64,000 nt of DNA from positions 1-64,000 of the IMG/VR virus record IMGVR_UViG_2868569063_000004; one strand, 5' to 3'. Positions 49,773-59,994 of this stretch are shown here, piece after piece; the first letter of the stretch is position 1, and every line of letters starts with the position of its first letter. The notes under the pieces are model-generated. The model saw nothing but the letters and a program-made list of their open reading frames with translations. It had not been told where the DNA came from and ran no database searches. Source of the stretch: a virus. Lineage: Duplodnaviria; Caudoviricetes. The position numbers and the translations under genes were made by a program.

Positions 49773-50852
49773 TTATTTAAGTGTCCAAACTCCGAAACGC
49801 TTTCCAATAATTGTGGCCACACCCATTTTAATCTGATATTCATACTCAATAGTTTTATCCATATTTGTATTTCCATCAGATACTTCTTTAATCTGAGCGT
49901 CGCCTTCATTGTAGATCTTGATAAATTTGTTATCAGCTACTGGCATAATCAGAAGTTTAGTATTATCTACTAACTTTTTACTTGTGTCATTGTTAGCAAA
50001 TCTCTGTGGAATTTCAACAAGACGAATACCTTCAAACATACCTAAACGGCCTGTAGTGTGTCTTTCATCTTTCATTGCATTAGATACCCAAGTAATATCT
50101 TCCATAGCAGAAAGTTTTGCAAGAGCAGATTTGGTACCCATAACAACTACTTCATCACCTGTAGCCATCTGTACATCTTCAATCAGAGTCATAAACTCAT
50201 CTTTTGTAGCTGCTGCAAGTGTACCTGTCTTATTAAACTGTGTAGACGGGAGAACCTTCTCACCTGCTGCCATTACAGCCGCATATACCATATCGTTAAT
50301 TTTCTTGTCAAAAGCTTCATAGATTTTCTGTACGAATCCAGCCCAGTCAATACGACCTGCCATAAACAGCTCATATTCTGCGTAAATTTTAATTCCATAC
50401 CATGAGGTTCTAACAGAGAATGTCTGTCCTTCTGCCAGACGCTGTCTAATAATATCATGGTGATTACCGGAAAGCTCAGACACTGTCAGAATAACTTCAT
50501 CTGGTACATAAAATTCATTAGTATCACCGTCAGCCATAGATTTGATTTCTACAAATTCATTGAAGAATGGGTTTTCTCCCCAACCAGAAACAAGCAGATT
50601 CTCTACTGTCTCTTCGATAATTTCAAATACATCAATTTTATGTCTACGAATAGCTTTTCTAAGTTCTTTTCTTGAGCAGTTTTCATCTACTCCAAGTACA
50701 GAGAACATAATCTCTCTGATTTTATTATTAGCATCTTTTGTAGATACTTTTTCTTCTCCCTTAGCTGTGTCAAACATAAGCTGGGAGTACTCTGCATAAT
50801 CATTTTCAGCAAAAATATTTCTTACTTCATTACTTGAAAAATTAAGTTTCAT
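49773..50852 (-). CDS. Major capsid protein
   Basis: 359 aa; synteny after scaffold and decoration genes; strong RBS; own terminator. Confidence 0.8.
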   Translation of the reverse strand: MKLNFSSNEVRNIFAENDYAEYSQLMFDTAKGEEKVSTKDANNKIREIMFSVLGVDENCSRKELRKAIRRHKIDVFEIIEETVENLLVSGWGENPFFNEFVEIKSMADGDTNEFYVPDEVILTVSELSGNHHDIIRQRLAEGQTFSVRTSWYGIKIYAEYELFMAGRIDWAGFVQKIYEAFDKKINDMVYAAVMAAGEKVLPSTQFNKTGTLAAATKDEFMTLIEDVQMATGDEVVVMGTKSALAKLSAMEDITWVSNAMKDERHTTGRLGMFEGIRLVEIPQRFANNDTSKKLVDNTKLLIMPVADNKFIKIYNEGDAQIKEVSDGNTNMDKTIEYEYQIKMGVATIIGKRFGVWTLK

Positions 50853-50870
50853 TATGTATTCCTCCTTTCA

Positions 50871-51344
50871 TTAACCAATTGTCAGCTTTTTGTCTGCTAC
50901 AGTTACAGTTGCACCTTTAGTAGGAGTACCACTAAATCCTTCAGATGATACTTCAAACACATCACCTACATAAAGCTCATATGCTCGAACGATGTCACCA
51001 TTTGCGTTATAGAAATTACTTTCATGTTTAAGAGCGGTAGTATATTCTTCGTATAACATTGGTACCTGGAGCAGTAACAGAGCATCTCCTGGTGTTTTAA
51101 CTTCTACATACCAATTTCCGTTAGCTGCTTTATCCAGTACTACACCAGCAAAACCAGTAGATTCTTTAGCTTTATAAGTCTCCGGTTTGATATAATCGCC
51201 TTTTGCAACAATTGATCCGTTGTCCAGATCTTCTTCAATCTGAATGTTATAAATATGACCTGCAATAGTAGCTTTCAGCTTAGAGCTACCAGCAACAGCG
51301 TGTTTTTCAGCAGTGGCCATAAATTTCTGAAAATTAGATGCCAT
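50871..51344 (-). CDS. Capsid decoration / minor head protein
   Basis: DLDNGSIV...FYNANGDIVRAYELYVGDVF; lies between scaffold and capsid genes. Confidence 0.65.
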   Translation of the reverse strand: MASNFQKFMATAEKHAVAGSSKLKATIAGHIYNIQIEEDLDNGSIVAKGDYIKPETYKAKESTGFAGVVLDKAANGNWYVEVKTPGDALLLLQVPMLYEEYTTALKHESNFYNANGDIVRAYELYVGDVFEVSSEGFSGTPTKGATVTVADKKLTIG

Positions 51345-51377
51345 TTTTATTTCCTCCTTTAAATATTTTTAGGCAAT

Positions 51378-51400
51378 AAAAAAGAGCTATTTGATAGCTC
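51378..51400 (-). terminator. Intrinsic terminator
   Basis: Minus strand GAGCTAT-caa-ATAGCTC-TTTTTTT. Confidence 0.6.
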
Positions 51401-52991
51401 AATCCTTAAATAAACTTCCATATGGTTTCTTAGCTTTCTTAGGTTCAGTAAAACCAATAGCACTAGGTTTCTGCTGATAGTTGAAAGTGCCTTTTTCTTT
51501 AACATATTTACCTAAAATAGCATCGGCTCTTGTCTGTACTTCTTCTACACTGTAGATAGCCTGATTTTTGATCAGTTCTTTAAAATCTTCTCTATTTTTC
51601 AGTTCAGTGTAAATTTCAGCACCAAGAACAGCTTCTTTATCTTTTGATTCGTACTCATTAATTCTATTCTGAAGAGCAGCATAGTTACTTCTGAGTTCTT
51701 CTAATTCACTTTTTTCTGAAAGTGTAAGATACTCTTTAAATAATTCTGTTCTTTCATCTGAGAGAGATACTGCATCGCCATCTTTTGTATAGCCCTGACG
51801 GAAAATTTTACTTTCATCCCAGTTGCTATATACAAAATGGTCATCATATGTAGCATTAATAAAATACCATTCATTATCATTTTCTTCCCAAGTAGACAGA
51901 AGAGTATATAATGCACCTCTTACATCTTCATGACTAATTTCAAAAGTAACTTCAGTATTACCATTTTCTTTTTTTGTATATCTTTTTTTATTGCTAAACT
52001 CTGAATTGTCATTTGATTCTGGATCAGCTTCCGGATCAGCAACTGGTTCTTTTACCGGTTCGTCTGGATCTTCTGTACCTTCGAATAATTCAGCAAACTT
52101 AGCCTCTAACTCTTCATCGGACATAGACTCATAATCAAAGTCAAGGTCTTCAACAGTTTTAGAGTATTTCTCTAATAATTCATTGAGTTTCAACGTTTGG
52201 TTTCCTCCTTTCGTTGGTTCTTCAATTTCAAACTTAGCAAGAGTCTCCTGCAAAGACTGAATAACCTTTAGTAATTTTTCTTCTGTATTAGTAAAAAGAC
52301 TATTATTCTCTTCACTGAAATCAGCAATATCTAATCTGGCACCCTCCATACCTTCTTCAACGGGTTTCTCGGTGATAGGATCAGTGCCTAAACAAGTTAC
52401 ACCATTATATCTGAATTTATCTAAGTGAAGCACTTTGTCCTTAGTGTCAAAAGAGAGTTCTGAGATACTTAATTCACAACTTACTTTACTTCCTTGTTTA
52501 CGCTGAATAATTTCACATGCTGGAGCACAATAATCGTTATAAATTACCGCATCGGCAATAACATATGTTTTATCATGTTCTTTATCATACTCAAGATGAT
52601 ATCCTTCAGGATTGACAAAAACACCAATAGGTTGCTCAATGTATGTAATGTTTCCTTCATCATCAAATTCCATAGCATGAGAAGTAAAATCAGTAGTTCC
52701 ATCAGATAAAGTGGTAATAGCGGCCAGAACTGGTCTATAGTGTAAAGACGGTAAAGCTTCTAACTGAGCTTCTTCAGATATATAAGATTTATTTCTATTT
52801 TCATATAAATGATTTACTTTGAATTTAGTTCGTAAAAAACCATCATCTTCATCAGAATCTTCTAATTCAAATTTTGCCGGAACCTGAACTGCAATATTAT
52901 ATCCAGACTCTTTGGCACTGAATACAGTTGTCTGATTCCTCTGTTCAAAAAAAGAATAGAGATCATCTAATGTAAGTACTTTTTTCTTCAT
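51399..52991 (-). CDS. Prohead protease / scaffold protein
   Basis: H...NRNKS...KVSCEL...GVTCLG N-terminal domain and acidic coiled C-terminus; start MKKKVL. Confidence 0.7.
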   Translation of the reverse strand: MKKKVLTLDDLYSFFEQRNQTTVFSAKESGYNIAVQVPAKFELEDSDEDDGFLRTKFKVNHLYENRNKSYISEEAQLEALPSLHYRPVLAAITTLSDGTTDFTSHAMEFDDEGNITYIEQPIGVFVNPEGYHLEYDKEHDKTYVIADAVIYNDYCAPACEIIQRKQGSKVSCELSISELSFDTKDKVLHLDKFRYNGVTCLGTDPITEKPVEEGMEGARLDIADFSEENNSLFTNTEEKLLKVIQSLQETLAKFEIEEPTKGGNQTLKLNELLEKYSKTVEDLDFDYESMSDEELEAKFAELFEGTEDPDEPVKEPVADPEADPESNDNSEFSNKKRYTKKENGNTEVTFEISHEDVRGALYTLLSTWEENDNEWYFINATYDDHFVYSNWDESKIFRQGYTKDGDAVSLSDERTELFKEYLTLSEKSELEELRSNYAALQNRINEYESKDKEAVLGAEIYTELKNREDFKELIKNQAIYSVEEVQTRADAILGKYVKEKGTFNYQQKPSAIGFTEPKKAKKPYGSLFKD

Positions 52992-53039
52992 GTTAGCCTC
53001 CTTTCTATTGTGTATTTTTATCCTCATAGAAGAGGAGTA

Positions 53040-53225
53040 CTAACTTGCACAATAAATATCGGTATAAGTTAGCTTGTTTATATCTATATTTACATTTGCA
53101 AAAGAAAGAGATGAACAATTTGCAAATGTATAGATACCTTTAGTATAGCCGACCTGAGGAAAGCCAATAGATTTTAAAATATTTGCTGTTTCCTGGTCAG
53201 CAGTTCGGATAAAATGTTTGTTCAT
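53040..53225 (-). CDS. Small hypothetical protein
   Basis: 61 aa; GGAGGG RBS. Confidence 0.6.
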   Translation of the reverse strand: MNKHFIRTADQETANILKSIGFPQVGYTKGIYTFANCSSLSFANVNIDINKLTYTDIYCAS

Positions 53226-53228
53226 CTA

Positions 53229-54773
53229 TTATCCCTCCTGTTCACTGGACTTTTCTGATTCTCTACTTTTTTCACCTTCATCTGTAAGGTTGTCGGATTG
53301 AGGTCTTCCACCTTTTGTATCATCTGTTTTACCATCAATAACTTGCTGTGAGGCAGATCCACTCAATGTGAAAGAAGTACTAAAAGGAATCCATGTTTCG
53401 TGAAGTTTTAGAACAGTATTTTCAAGATAATCCATAGATAAAGCTTCAAGAGGTGAGATACCATCAAGAGCAGCAACGGCTAGCTTTACTGGCACACCTC
53501 GTTCTCCAGATTTCATAAGTTCTTCTTTTTTAGAAGCTTTTGTATAAGGAGATACCTCAAAATATTTTACTCTAGCATGATCATCACCAATAGCAAAAGT
53601 AAGATATCTATTAACTCGTTCTTCTATCTGTGGAAGGACAGTTTTAATAGCCATCATTGTGTCACAAAGAATAGCAGCAGTAAAAGCTGTCGTACCTGAG
53701 ACTTTGTTATTATCAAGAATCTGTGCACCACCAGAATTTTTAAATAAATTCGAAGTAGCAGTAGCAATTCTATTAACATCTTGAGTCTGGTCACCTTGAA
53801 ACTCTATAGGTTCAATTTTAAGAGGGGAGATAGCTGCAGATACACAATCTGGAAGAGATTCAACTAGTCTATTATAATATTCAATGGCTGTATCAATATC
53901 TACTGAGAAATCATCTGGTTCGTCAGAGTTAGTAAGTGTTTCTAATCTTGCAACCAGAAGTTTATAGATTGATAAGTCATCTTTTACCGACTGAATACTT
54001 TGGAGATCAATAAGATCAATAAGTGGTTCGAACAAACCAGAAAGAGGTGGCATGTTAAGTGTTGGATCATCAATGTTAACTTTAATTACAAAAGTTCTTT
54101 CTGGATCCAACTCTTGCCAACGAAGAGTATTGTCACTTTGAAAGGAATTGTATTTAGAATTAAATTCAGAATCCCAGTATTCTAAGTCGGCAGTATGACT
54201 TCTGAAATAACTGAAATCAAAGGCACAATTAAGAGTGCCATCATAATTGACAGAAGATACTTTACAATAATCTCCATCAAGAGGGTAAATGAAGAATCCA
54301 GAATCATCTTCATATGTATAACCATAAAATGTATCTTCACGCCATGCAATCAATAGGCATTTTAAAATCTCTGACTGCATATTCATCTTATCAAGTTGTA
54401 CTAAAGTATTAAAATAACTAGTCTTTATTTTTTCATCGTCATGCGCATCCTCAGTAAAATCTATCTGAGGTATAACATTAAGAGCTGTTAAATCTACCAT
54501 TTCTGCCTGATAGGAGATAAGTCTTCTGTAATTATGAGAAACTCTATATAAGAATCTGCTCAAATTACGAAGGTTAGATTCATTGGTTTTAGGGTTTTGC
54601 ATATATTGACGTAATTTATCTTTACTAAATACAGTAAATGTTCTTGTTTCTGTTTTAGTTAAATCAATAAGCTGTACAGCTTGCTTTACTTGAGCGAATT
54701 TTTCTTGTAATGCCTGTTGTTTAAGAGCATAATTTTTTATCTCTTGAGTTGTTTTTTCCTCTTTAATAGCCAA
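53229..54773 (-). CDS. Portal protein
   Basis: 514 aa directly after TerL; LRNLSRFLY; C-terminal KGGRP. Confidence 0.8.
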   Translation of the reverse strand: MAIKEEKTTQEIKNYALKQQALQEKFAQVKQAVQLIDLTKTETRTFTVFSKDKLRQYMQNPKTNESNLRNLSRFLYRVSHNYRRLISYQAEMVDLTALNVIPQIDFTEDAHDDEKIKTSYFNTLVQLDKMNMQSEILKCLLIAWREDTFYGYTYEDDSGFFIYPLDGDYCKVSSVNYDGTLNCAFDFSYFRSHTADLEYWDSEFNSKYNSFQSDNTLRWQELDPERTFVIKVNIDDPTLNMPPLSGLFEPLIDLIDLQSIQSVKDDLSIYKLLVARLETLTNSDEPDDFSVDIDTAIEYYNRLVESLPDCVSAAISPLKIEPIEFQGDQTQDVNRIATATSNLFKNSGGAQILDNNKVSGTTAFTAAILCDTMMAIKTVLPQIEERVNRYLTFAIGDDHARVKYFEVSPYTKASKKEELMKSGERGVPVKLAVAALDGISPLEALSMDYLENTVLKLHETWIPFSTSFTLSGSASQQVIDGKTDDTKGGRPQSDNLTDEGEKSRESEKSSEQEG

Positions 54774-54784
54774 TGTCTCACCTC

Positions 54785-56791
54785 CTAACTAAACATTTTT
54801 CTTACTACACCTTTACGAATAGGCATAGCAGCAGCTATATTTTCTTTTTTGGGACGTTTCTTATTTTTAATATGTTCTCTACGAAGTTCTGAGAGTCCAT
54901 AACAGAGCATTGAGAAACAATACGAACGATCATCATGCAATTTGTTTTGCTTCTCTGTAGACAGTTCAAAACCATCTTTACCAGATTCTCGTTTCTTTCG
55001 TACCATATTAACCATTTCCTCCTTTAGCGAGTCGATCTGTACTAGACCAAGTTCCTCATCAGGAGATAGTTTATAAATTTTAGTTGAGGCCAAATTTCTT
55101 TCTTGAAGTTCTTCTTCAACTAAACGATCTAATTCACTTTTAGACATAGATTTATCTTTATACTTAGCAATTAAATCTTTTTTTGCTTTTGCCATTTCTT
55201 TTTCGTCTATATCTAGCATTGTTAAATATCCTTTATTATCATACTCAGCAGTGAAATCTATGAGATCAAGTCTCATCATTTCAATAGCAGCTTCATAGAT
55301 AATAGATTTATACATAGTAGGCGGTAATAATTTAATTTTATCTACAGCATTAGGAAATTTTTTGACATAATCAGACGACTGTTCTTTATCTATAAGACCT
55401 CTATGTAAATATTTCTGTTCACCTTCATGTCCTTCTTCATACCAATCTTCCATAAGATAATCTGCAATATTAACACCGGCACCACCAGAACCAGCATCTA
55501 TAAAGATATTACTTATGTTTGTATAGTCATCGACTCCATCACCGTTATAGTCAAGGATCAGTTGTTTCAGTTTCTTGACCTGTTCAGGCGTACGCATAGG
55601 AGTTTTATTCTTTTTACTAAGATCCATAAAATTAATACCATTAGCAATACGCATTCTCCAATTGTCTGAAGAATCTTTATAATATTCTCCAACAAGGACA
55701 AAAGAGTTATCCATAGATCTAGCTGGATCATATGCTAAGGCAAAAAGTCTGTCTTTTGTATCATTAAACATAATTGGGGGACGGATAGTAGAATTTTTTA
55801 CTATCATAGAACGTTTGAAGATGGCATCTGCACCGCCATCAGAAGTGAATATATTGTAATACTCACGAAGAGCTTTTTCTTTATTTTCACGCATTGCATT
55901 GTCAACCTTTTCTTTGGTTAACAGAGATGCTGGATAAATCTTACCTCTATATGTAGCATTAAACATAATCTCACAGTTGATGTCTGCTACAAAATGGTCT
56001 TTGGAACCCCAGATCATAGCTTTACTGTATTCTTTATACTTTTTATAAAAGTAAGAATCAGTAGTGCTGGCGCTTGAAGTGTAGAGTAATTGGTTAGGCA
56101 ATTCTTTAGGAAGAGTAGTTACATTTACACTTCCACCCATTTTAAAGTTCTTATCCTGAGCTGTATATGGTTCAATAACCTGAAATACTTCTTCGTCCAG
56201 GAAACCAGATTCATCAAAACAAACTGCTTCCGCACGTTTTCCTCTTTTCGCGTTGACGTTACTGTTAAGTGTTTTAACGAAGCTACCATTATACAATCTA
56301 TAAGTAAAACCTGCAGGATTTCTTATAAAACCATCATTATTGGTCATATTAATGACAACTTCATTCCTAAATACATCAGTTAATCCAGTAAATGACTCAA
56401 TTTCATTTTTAGCGATAGATACAATCTTTTCAAAAGTTTCTATGGACTGGTCACTGGTGCCAGCGCATATATAACATCTACAATTATTAAGAAGCATACC
56501 TCTTGTCATGTAATATAATGCAAGCAATGTCGATTTTCCATAATTTCTGGTACATAACCATAGAGCATACATCTTATCCCAAGAATTCATAAATGTATAG
56601 GTCTGCACATCAAGAAGGTCAACGCCTATGAATCTTTCCATAAATTTGGTTGGATTTCTTAATCCCCATTGTTTAATTTCAGAAAGTTTCTGCATTCCTT
56701 CCATTTTTCGTTGAGAAATGATTTCTTCTGTAGGCTTAACAAAAATAGTAGGTGTATCTGGAACCCATATACCAGAATCAGTCTGTTTCAT
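54785..56791 (-). CDS. terL: Terminase large subunit
   Basis: Walker A TRNYGKS, RGKRA, Walker B VCFDESG, AYDPARSMD, IDAGSGG, HDDRSY. Confidence 0.9.
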   Translation of the reverse strand: MKQTDSGIWVPDTPTIFVKPTEEIISQRKMEGMQKLSEIKQWGLRNPTKFMERFIGVDLLDVQTYTFMNSWDKMYALWLCTRNYGKSTLLALYYMTRGMLLNNCRCYICAGTSDQSIETFEKIVSIAKNEIESFTGLTDVFRNEVVINMTNNDGFIRNPAGFTYRLYNGSFVKTLNSNVNAKRGKRAEAVCFDESGFLDEEVFQVIEPYTAQDKNFKMGGSVNVTTLPKELPNQLLYTSSASTTDSYFYKKYKEYSKAMIWGSKDHFVADINCEIMFNATYRGKIYPASLLTKEKVDNAMRENKEKALREYYNIFTSDGGADAIFKRSMIVKNSTIRPPIMFNDTKDRLFALAYDPARSMDNSFVLVGEYYKDSSDNWRMRIANGINFMDLSKKNKTPMRTPEQVKKLKQLILDYNGDGVDDYTNISNIFIDAGSGGAGVNIADYLMEDWYEEGHEGEQKYLHRGLIDKEQSSDYVKKFPNAVDKIKLLPPTMYKSIIYEAAIEMMRLDLIDFTAEYDNKGYLTMLDIDEKEMAKAKKDLIAKYKDKSMSKSELDRLVEEELQERNLASTKIYKLSPDEELGLVQIDSLKEEMVNMVRKKRESGKDGFELSTEKQNKLHDDRSYCFSMLCYGLSELRREHIKNKKRPKKENIAAAMPIRKGVVRKMFS

Positions 56792-57990
56792 TCCACAATC
56801 ACCTCATCATTTTCATCAATCAATTTCTTATCTCTGAGGAAATTTTTTAGATCATCGTTCTCTCTACGAAGAATACGTGCTTCTTCAACCGCAGCATCAC
56901 ATTTATTTTCTAATTCCAACACCTTCTGACGTTGGGTAGATATCATTTCAGTATAGTCATTTTCATCTAAAGCCAACTGTTTCATGATTGCAGCAGTACT
57001 GGCTTCCGCAACCTGAAGCATACCTTGAGAAGTTCCTATATCAAAAGCATTTACTTCCTGTTCACGAAGCTTCATTTCCTTAAGCTCTTTTACTTTCCCG
57101 GTCCAGGTATTAGCACCTTTAGTATTATGATTGCTATGCTTAATACTAATTCCATTATCACGAGCCAAATCAAGAGTAGTTTTCATAATGTCTTTTTTAG
57201 TGGCTTCGAGAGCTTTGATAGTAGCAGAATTTTTTATAATAGATTCTGGAGTTTTCTGCAGAGCATTAATTACAGTATTGATTTTTTCAGATTGGTTAAG
57301 ACTATGTACAATCTCTACACAGGCACCTAACTTCAATTCATCGTCTTGCGTACTTTCATCGAGGAAACCTACTAATTTTCCATACATTAATGGTTTATCT
57401 GCATCAGCAGCAGATTCGAATGGATCATAACCAAGAGCTGAAATAACAGTTCTTTTATTGGTTTTATACATTTTTTTTACTTCATCAGAGTTATCTACAG
57501 ACCCAATAGACGGTAGAAGAGTAGAACTATTGCCACAATCACCATCTTTCCAAGTTAATGTATTATATTGTGGCATAGATATATTTTTTATATAACTAGT
57601 CCAGGTATTATTTTTGGGCCGACCAGACATAGTGTTAGCAGCTTCAAGAATAGATTCATCATAAAGCTTTTGAAAGAAAGGTTTGTCTAAATATCTGAGC
57701 GCTAACTGGACACTCTGCTCATCTGGGGCTTTCTTATTGCCTTTTAAATCTTCAGAATATGCCAACTTTGCTGCACACATTTTACATATTCTTGTCACAC
57801 CAGTAGTACATAGAGGATCTGTACTTTTATAAAAGTCGGAAGCATCTTTCAGCTTTCCACACATATTACATGTAAATTTAGTACGCCCTACTTCATAGAG
57901 AGCTTCATCAATAGCACGATCAATAACTTTTTGAGCAGGTGCTTTAGGTTTTGCTCTTGGTACAGGCTTTTTTTCAACTTCTTGTGCCAC
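56788..57990 (-). CDS. Putative terminase small subunit (Zn-finger N-terminus)
   Basis: CNMCG...FYKS...ICKMC; directly upstream of and overlapping terL. Confidence 0.6.
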   Translation of the reverse strand: MAQEVEKKPVPRAKPKAPAQKVIDRAIDEALYEVGRTKFTCNMCGKLKDASDFYKSTDPLCTTGVTRICKMCAAKLAYSEDLKGNKKAPDEQSVQLALRYLDKPFFQKLYDESILEAANTMSGRPKNNTWTSYIKNISMPQYNTLTWKDGDCGNSSTLLPSIGSVDNSDEVKKMYKTNKRTVISALGYDPFESAADADKPLMYGKLVGFLDESTQDDELKLGACVEIVHSLNQSEKINTVINALQKTPESIIKNSATIKALEATKKDIMKTTLDLARDNGISIKHSNHNTKGANTWTGKVKELKEMKLREQEVNAFDIGTSQGMLQVAEASTAAIMKQLALDENDYTEMISTQRQKVLELENKCDAAVEEARILRRENDDLKNFLRDKKLIDENDEVIVE

Positions 57991-58015
57991 TAGAGCACCT
58001 CCTTTTTATCCAATT

Positions 58016-58038
58016 AAAAAAAGATACCGAAGTATCTT
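58016..58038 (-). terminator. Terminator at the end of the tRNA cluster
   Basis: Minus strand AAGATAC-TTCG-GTATCTT-TTTT. Confidence 0.7.
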
Positions 58039-58043
58039 AGTAA

Positions 58044-58116
58044 TAGCAGGTATGGGAGTTGAACCCATCTACAAGCCCTATGAAAGCTCCGAGGAACCGA
58101 TCCTACGTAACCTGCG
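58044..58116 (-). tRNA. Atypical tRNA with CAT anticodon (Met or Ile2)
   Basis: Acceptor GCAGGT/ACCTGC; T-arm ATGGG-TTCAACT-CCCAT; loop TT-CAT-AG; irregular D arm. Confidence 0.55.
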
Positions 58117-58257
58117 GTATTTGTAGACTCAAAAGGCTCATTATCTGTTGCAATCAGAGACAAAACCTTCTAATAAACCTAATCCATGCGTATACACATC
58201 TCATAGTAAAACTTATCTACTTGTTTTATGGAATTTTGATTTAATTTGTCAACCTCA

Positions 58258-58339
58258 TGGGAGAAGAGTGATTCGAACACTCAAAGCAATTGCAACGGTT
58301 TTACAGACCGCCGTAGATCTCCATCTCTACCGTTCTCCC
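58258..58339 (-). tRNA. tRNA-Tyr(GTA)
   Basis: GGGAGAA/TTCTCCC acceptor; GCGGT-CTGTAAA-ACCGT; long variable arm; GTTCGAATC. Confidence 0.8.
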
Positions 58340-58342
58340 GGA

Positions 58343-58426
58343 CGTTGCGTTAGGGATTCGAACCCCAGAGGCTTTTACACCCAGACAGTTTTCAGGACTG
58401 CACCCTCGACCTACCGGACACGCAAC
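58343..58426 (-). tRNA. tRNA-Ser(TGA)
   Basis: GTTGCGT/ACGCAAC acceptor; GCAGT-CCTGAAA-ACTGT; long variable arm; GGTTCGAATCC. Confidence 0.75.
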
Positions 58427-58637
58427 ATTAATCTGTCTTTCCAGATTGTCAGGCCGCCCCGCAGCCATTTCCTAATTATAAGTAAAAGGCAGGAGAGTAA
58501 TCCTGCCTTTCAACCGGAATCAATCCGGTTATCTTTATATTCATGATATGCTACAATCACATAACCAAGAGTTACATGGTAGGATTTTCACCTACGAATT
58601 CCCACAGGAGGTGGGCTGTAATCTACATATCTTGTAA

Positions 58638-58720
58638 CGCAAAGCAGAGTAATCGAAACTCAATCCTGTCGGATCACACGACTTAGCAGGTCGGTTCCAC
58701 ACCTTGTGAATTTACTTTGC
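58638..58720 (-). tRNA. tRNA-Ser(GCT)
   Basis: GCAAAGT/GCTTTGC acceptor; CGAC-CTGCTAA-GTCG; long variable arm; TTCGA T-loop. Confidence 0.7.
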
Positions 58721-58811
58721 AGAATAGGAGGGGGGAGTTCCAGTTCTCCCCAAAGAAACAACTATACGGAAACTGACATTTGAGATTACCCACAACTCTC
58801 AAATATACAAA

Positions 58812-58883
58812 CATCCGGTACGGGAATTGAACCCATGTTACTGCATTGAAAGCGCAGTGTCTTAACCGCTAGACTAACCGGAC
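58812..58883 (-). tRNA. tRNA-Glu(TTC)
   Basis: GTCCGGT/ACCGGAT acceptor; GTCTAGCGGTTAAGAC D arm; CTGCG-CTTTCAA-TGCAG. Confidence 0.85.
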
Positions 58884-58924
58884 AAATCGCCAACCTGGAA
58901 TTCACCAGGTCAGCAATTTAATAT

Positions 58925-59197
58925 TTATTTCACTGCATCTTTTAATGCTTTTCCAGCTTTGAATTTCGGTGCAAGATGAGCTTCTGTCATCATAGTTTCT
59001 CCCGTCTGCGGATTACGACACTCTCTAGCAGCTCTTTCAACAACTGAGAAAGAACCGAATCCTGTGAATGCTACTTTTCCTCCGCTTGCCAGTTCATTAG
59101 TGATAACCTGAAGAAATGCGTCAACCATTGCTCCAGTATCTTTCTTTGTGATTCCTGTTGTTTCTGCTACTTTTGTAATAACTTCTGCTTTTGTCAT
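58925..59197 (-). CDS. hup: HU family DNA-binding protein
   Basis: MTKAEVI...GFGSFSV.ERAARECRNPQTGE...PKFKAGKALKDAVK. Confidence 0.95.
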   Translation of the reverse strand: MTKAEVITKVAETTGITKKDTGAMVDAFLQVITNELASGGKVAFTGFGSFSVVERAARECRNPQTGETMMTEAHLAPKFKAGKALKDAVK

Positions 59198-59214
59198 AAT
59201 AATTATTTCTCCTT

Positions 59215-59988
59215 TTATTCTTTATTATTTACTACGGCATATCTAAATTTATAGCCGTGAGTTTGTTTTAGTTTTCCTTTACACACCTTGCTTATAGAAG
59301 ATGGATCTAAATTTAATTCTTTAGCTGCTTGACTAATACTTTCATAATTATTGATAATTTCTCCAGAAGAGGAGATTCGATCTATAGATTTTAGGGTAGA
59401 ATCTTTATAATTCTTTCTTTGATGTAATCTATAAGAAATAATTTCATCAGTGGTCATATCCTTAATGTCATTGAAATACATAAAAATATATCCATGACAT
59501 GTATTGTTTTTCCCTGATGCCGTTTTAGAAATGTTTGTGGAAGCTATGCCATTAGCTCTGGCACAGTCTTGAACACTTACATAATACTCCAACACTTCAT
59601 AGTCAGTATCTAACTTTATAATGGGCACAGTTTCATCTATATTGTTAGAAAGCATTCCAAAATTTTTAGGAATACAATTTCTATTATAAGCTTTGTAACC
59701 TGCCAAGCCTGATCCACCAAGAGTCATATTATACCCATAATTATATGTATCTAATGTAGCTATCCAATAAATTTCTTTAATATCTAACTCGTCAGGTTGG
59801 CATTCTTCAAGTATATAAAAATCAAAGTTCTCAACACCGTATTTATCCATTGCTCTATAAAGAAATGTATCTCTTACTAAAGAACTTGTATGTCTATGCT
59901 GAGTCCATCGTGATTTAATATCAATAGATTGACCAACATACTTTTTGTGATTTATTTTATTCTCAATGCAATATATACCACAGGACAC
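59215..59988 (-). CDS. Free-standing GIY-YIG homing endonuclease with NUMOD1
   Basis: GIYCIENKINHKKYVGQS...R...GYNMTLGG; YESISQAAKELN...ISKVCKG...GYKFRY. Confidence 0.9.
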   Translation of the reverse strand: MSCGIYCIENKINHKKYVGQSIDIKSRWTQHRHTSSLVRDTFLYRAMDKYGVENFDFYILEECQPDELDIKEIYWIATLDTYNYGYNMTLGGSGLAGYKAYNRNCIPKNFGMLSNNIDETVPIIKLDTDYEVLEYYVSVQDCARANGIASTNISKTASGKNNTCHGYIFMYFNDIKDMTTDEIISYRLHQRKNYKDSTLKSIDRISSSGEIINNYESISQAAKELNLDPSSISKVCKGKLKQTHGYKFRYAVVNNKE

Positions 59989-59994
59989 TCAACA

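Noticed and set aside
58059-58546. + strand ORFs of 61 and 132 aa
   Set aside because: They are antisense to tRNA genes.
58571-58637. HDV-like (theta) ribozyme after tRNA-Ser
   Set aside because: The CCAC-CTCCT-GTGG loop is suggestive, but I could not build the P1/P2 nested pseudoknot.
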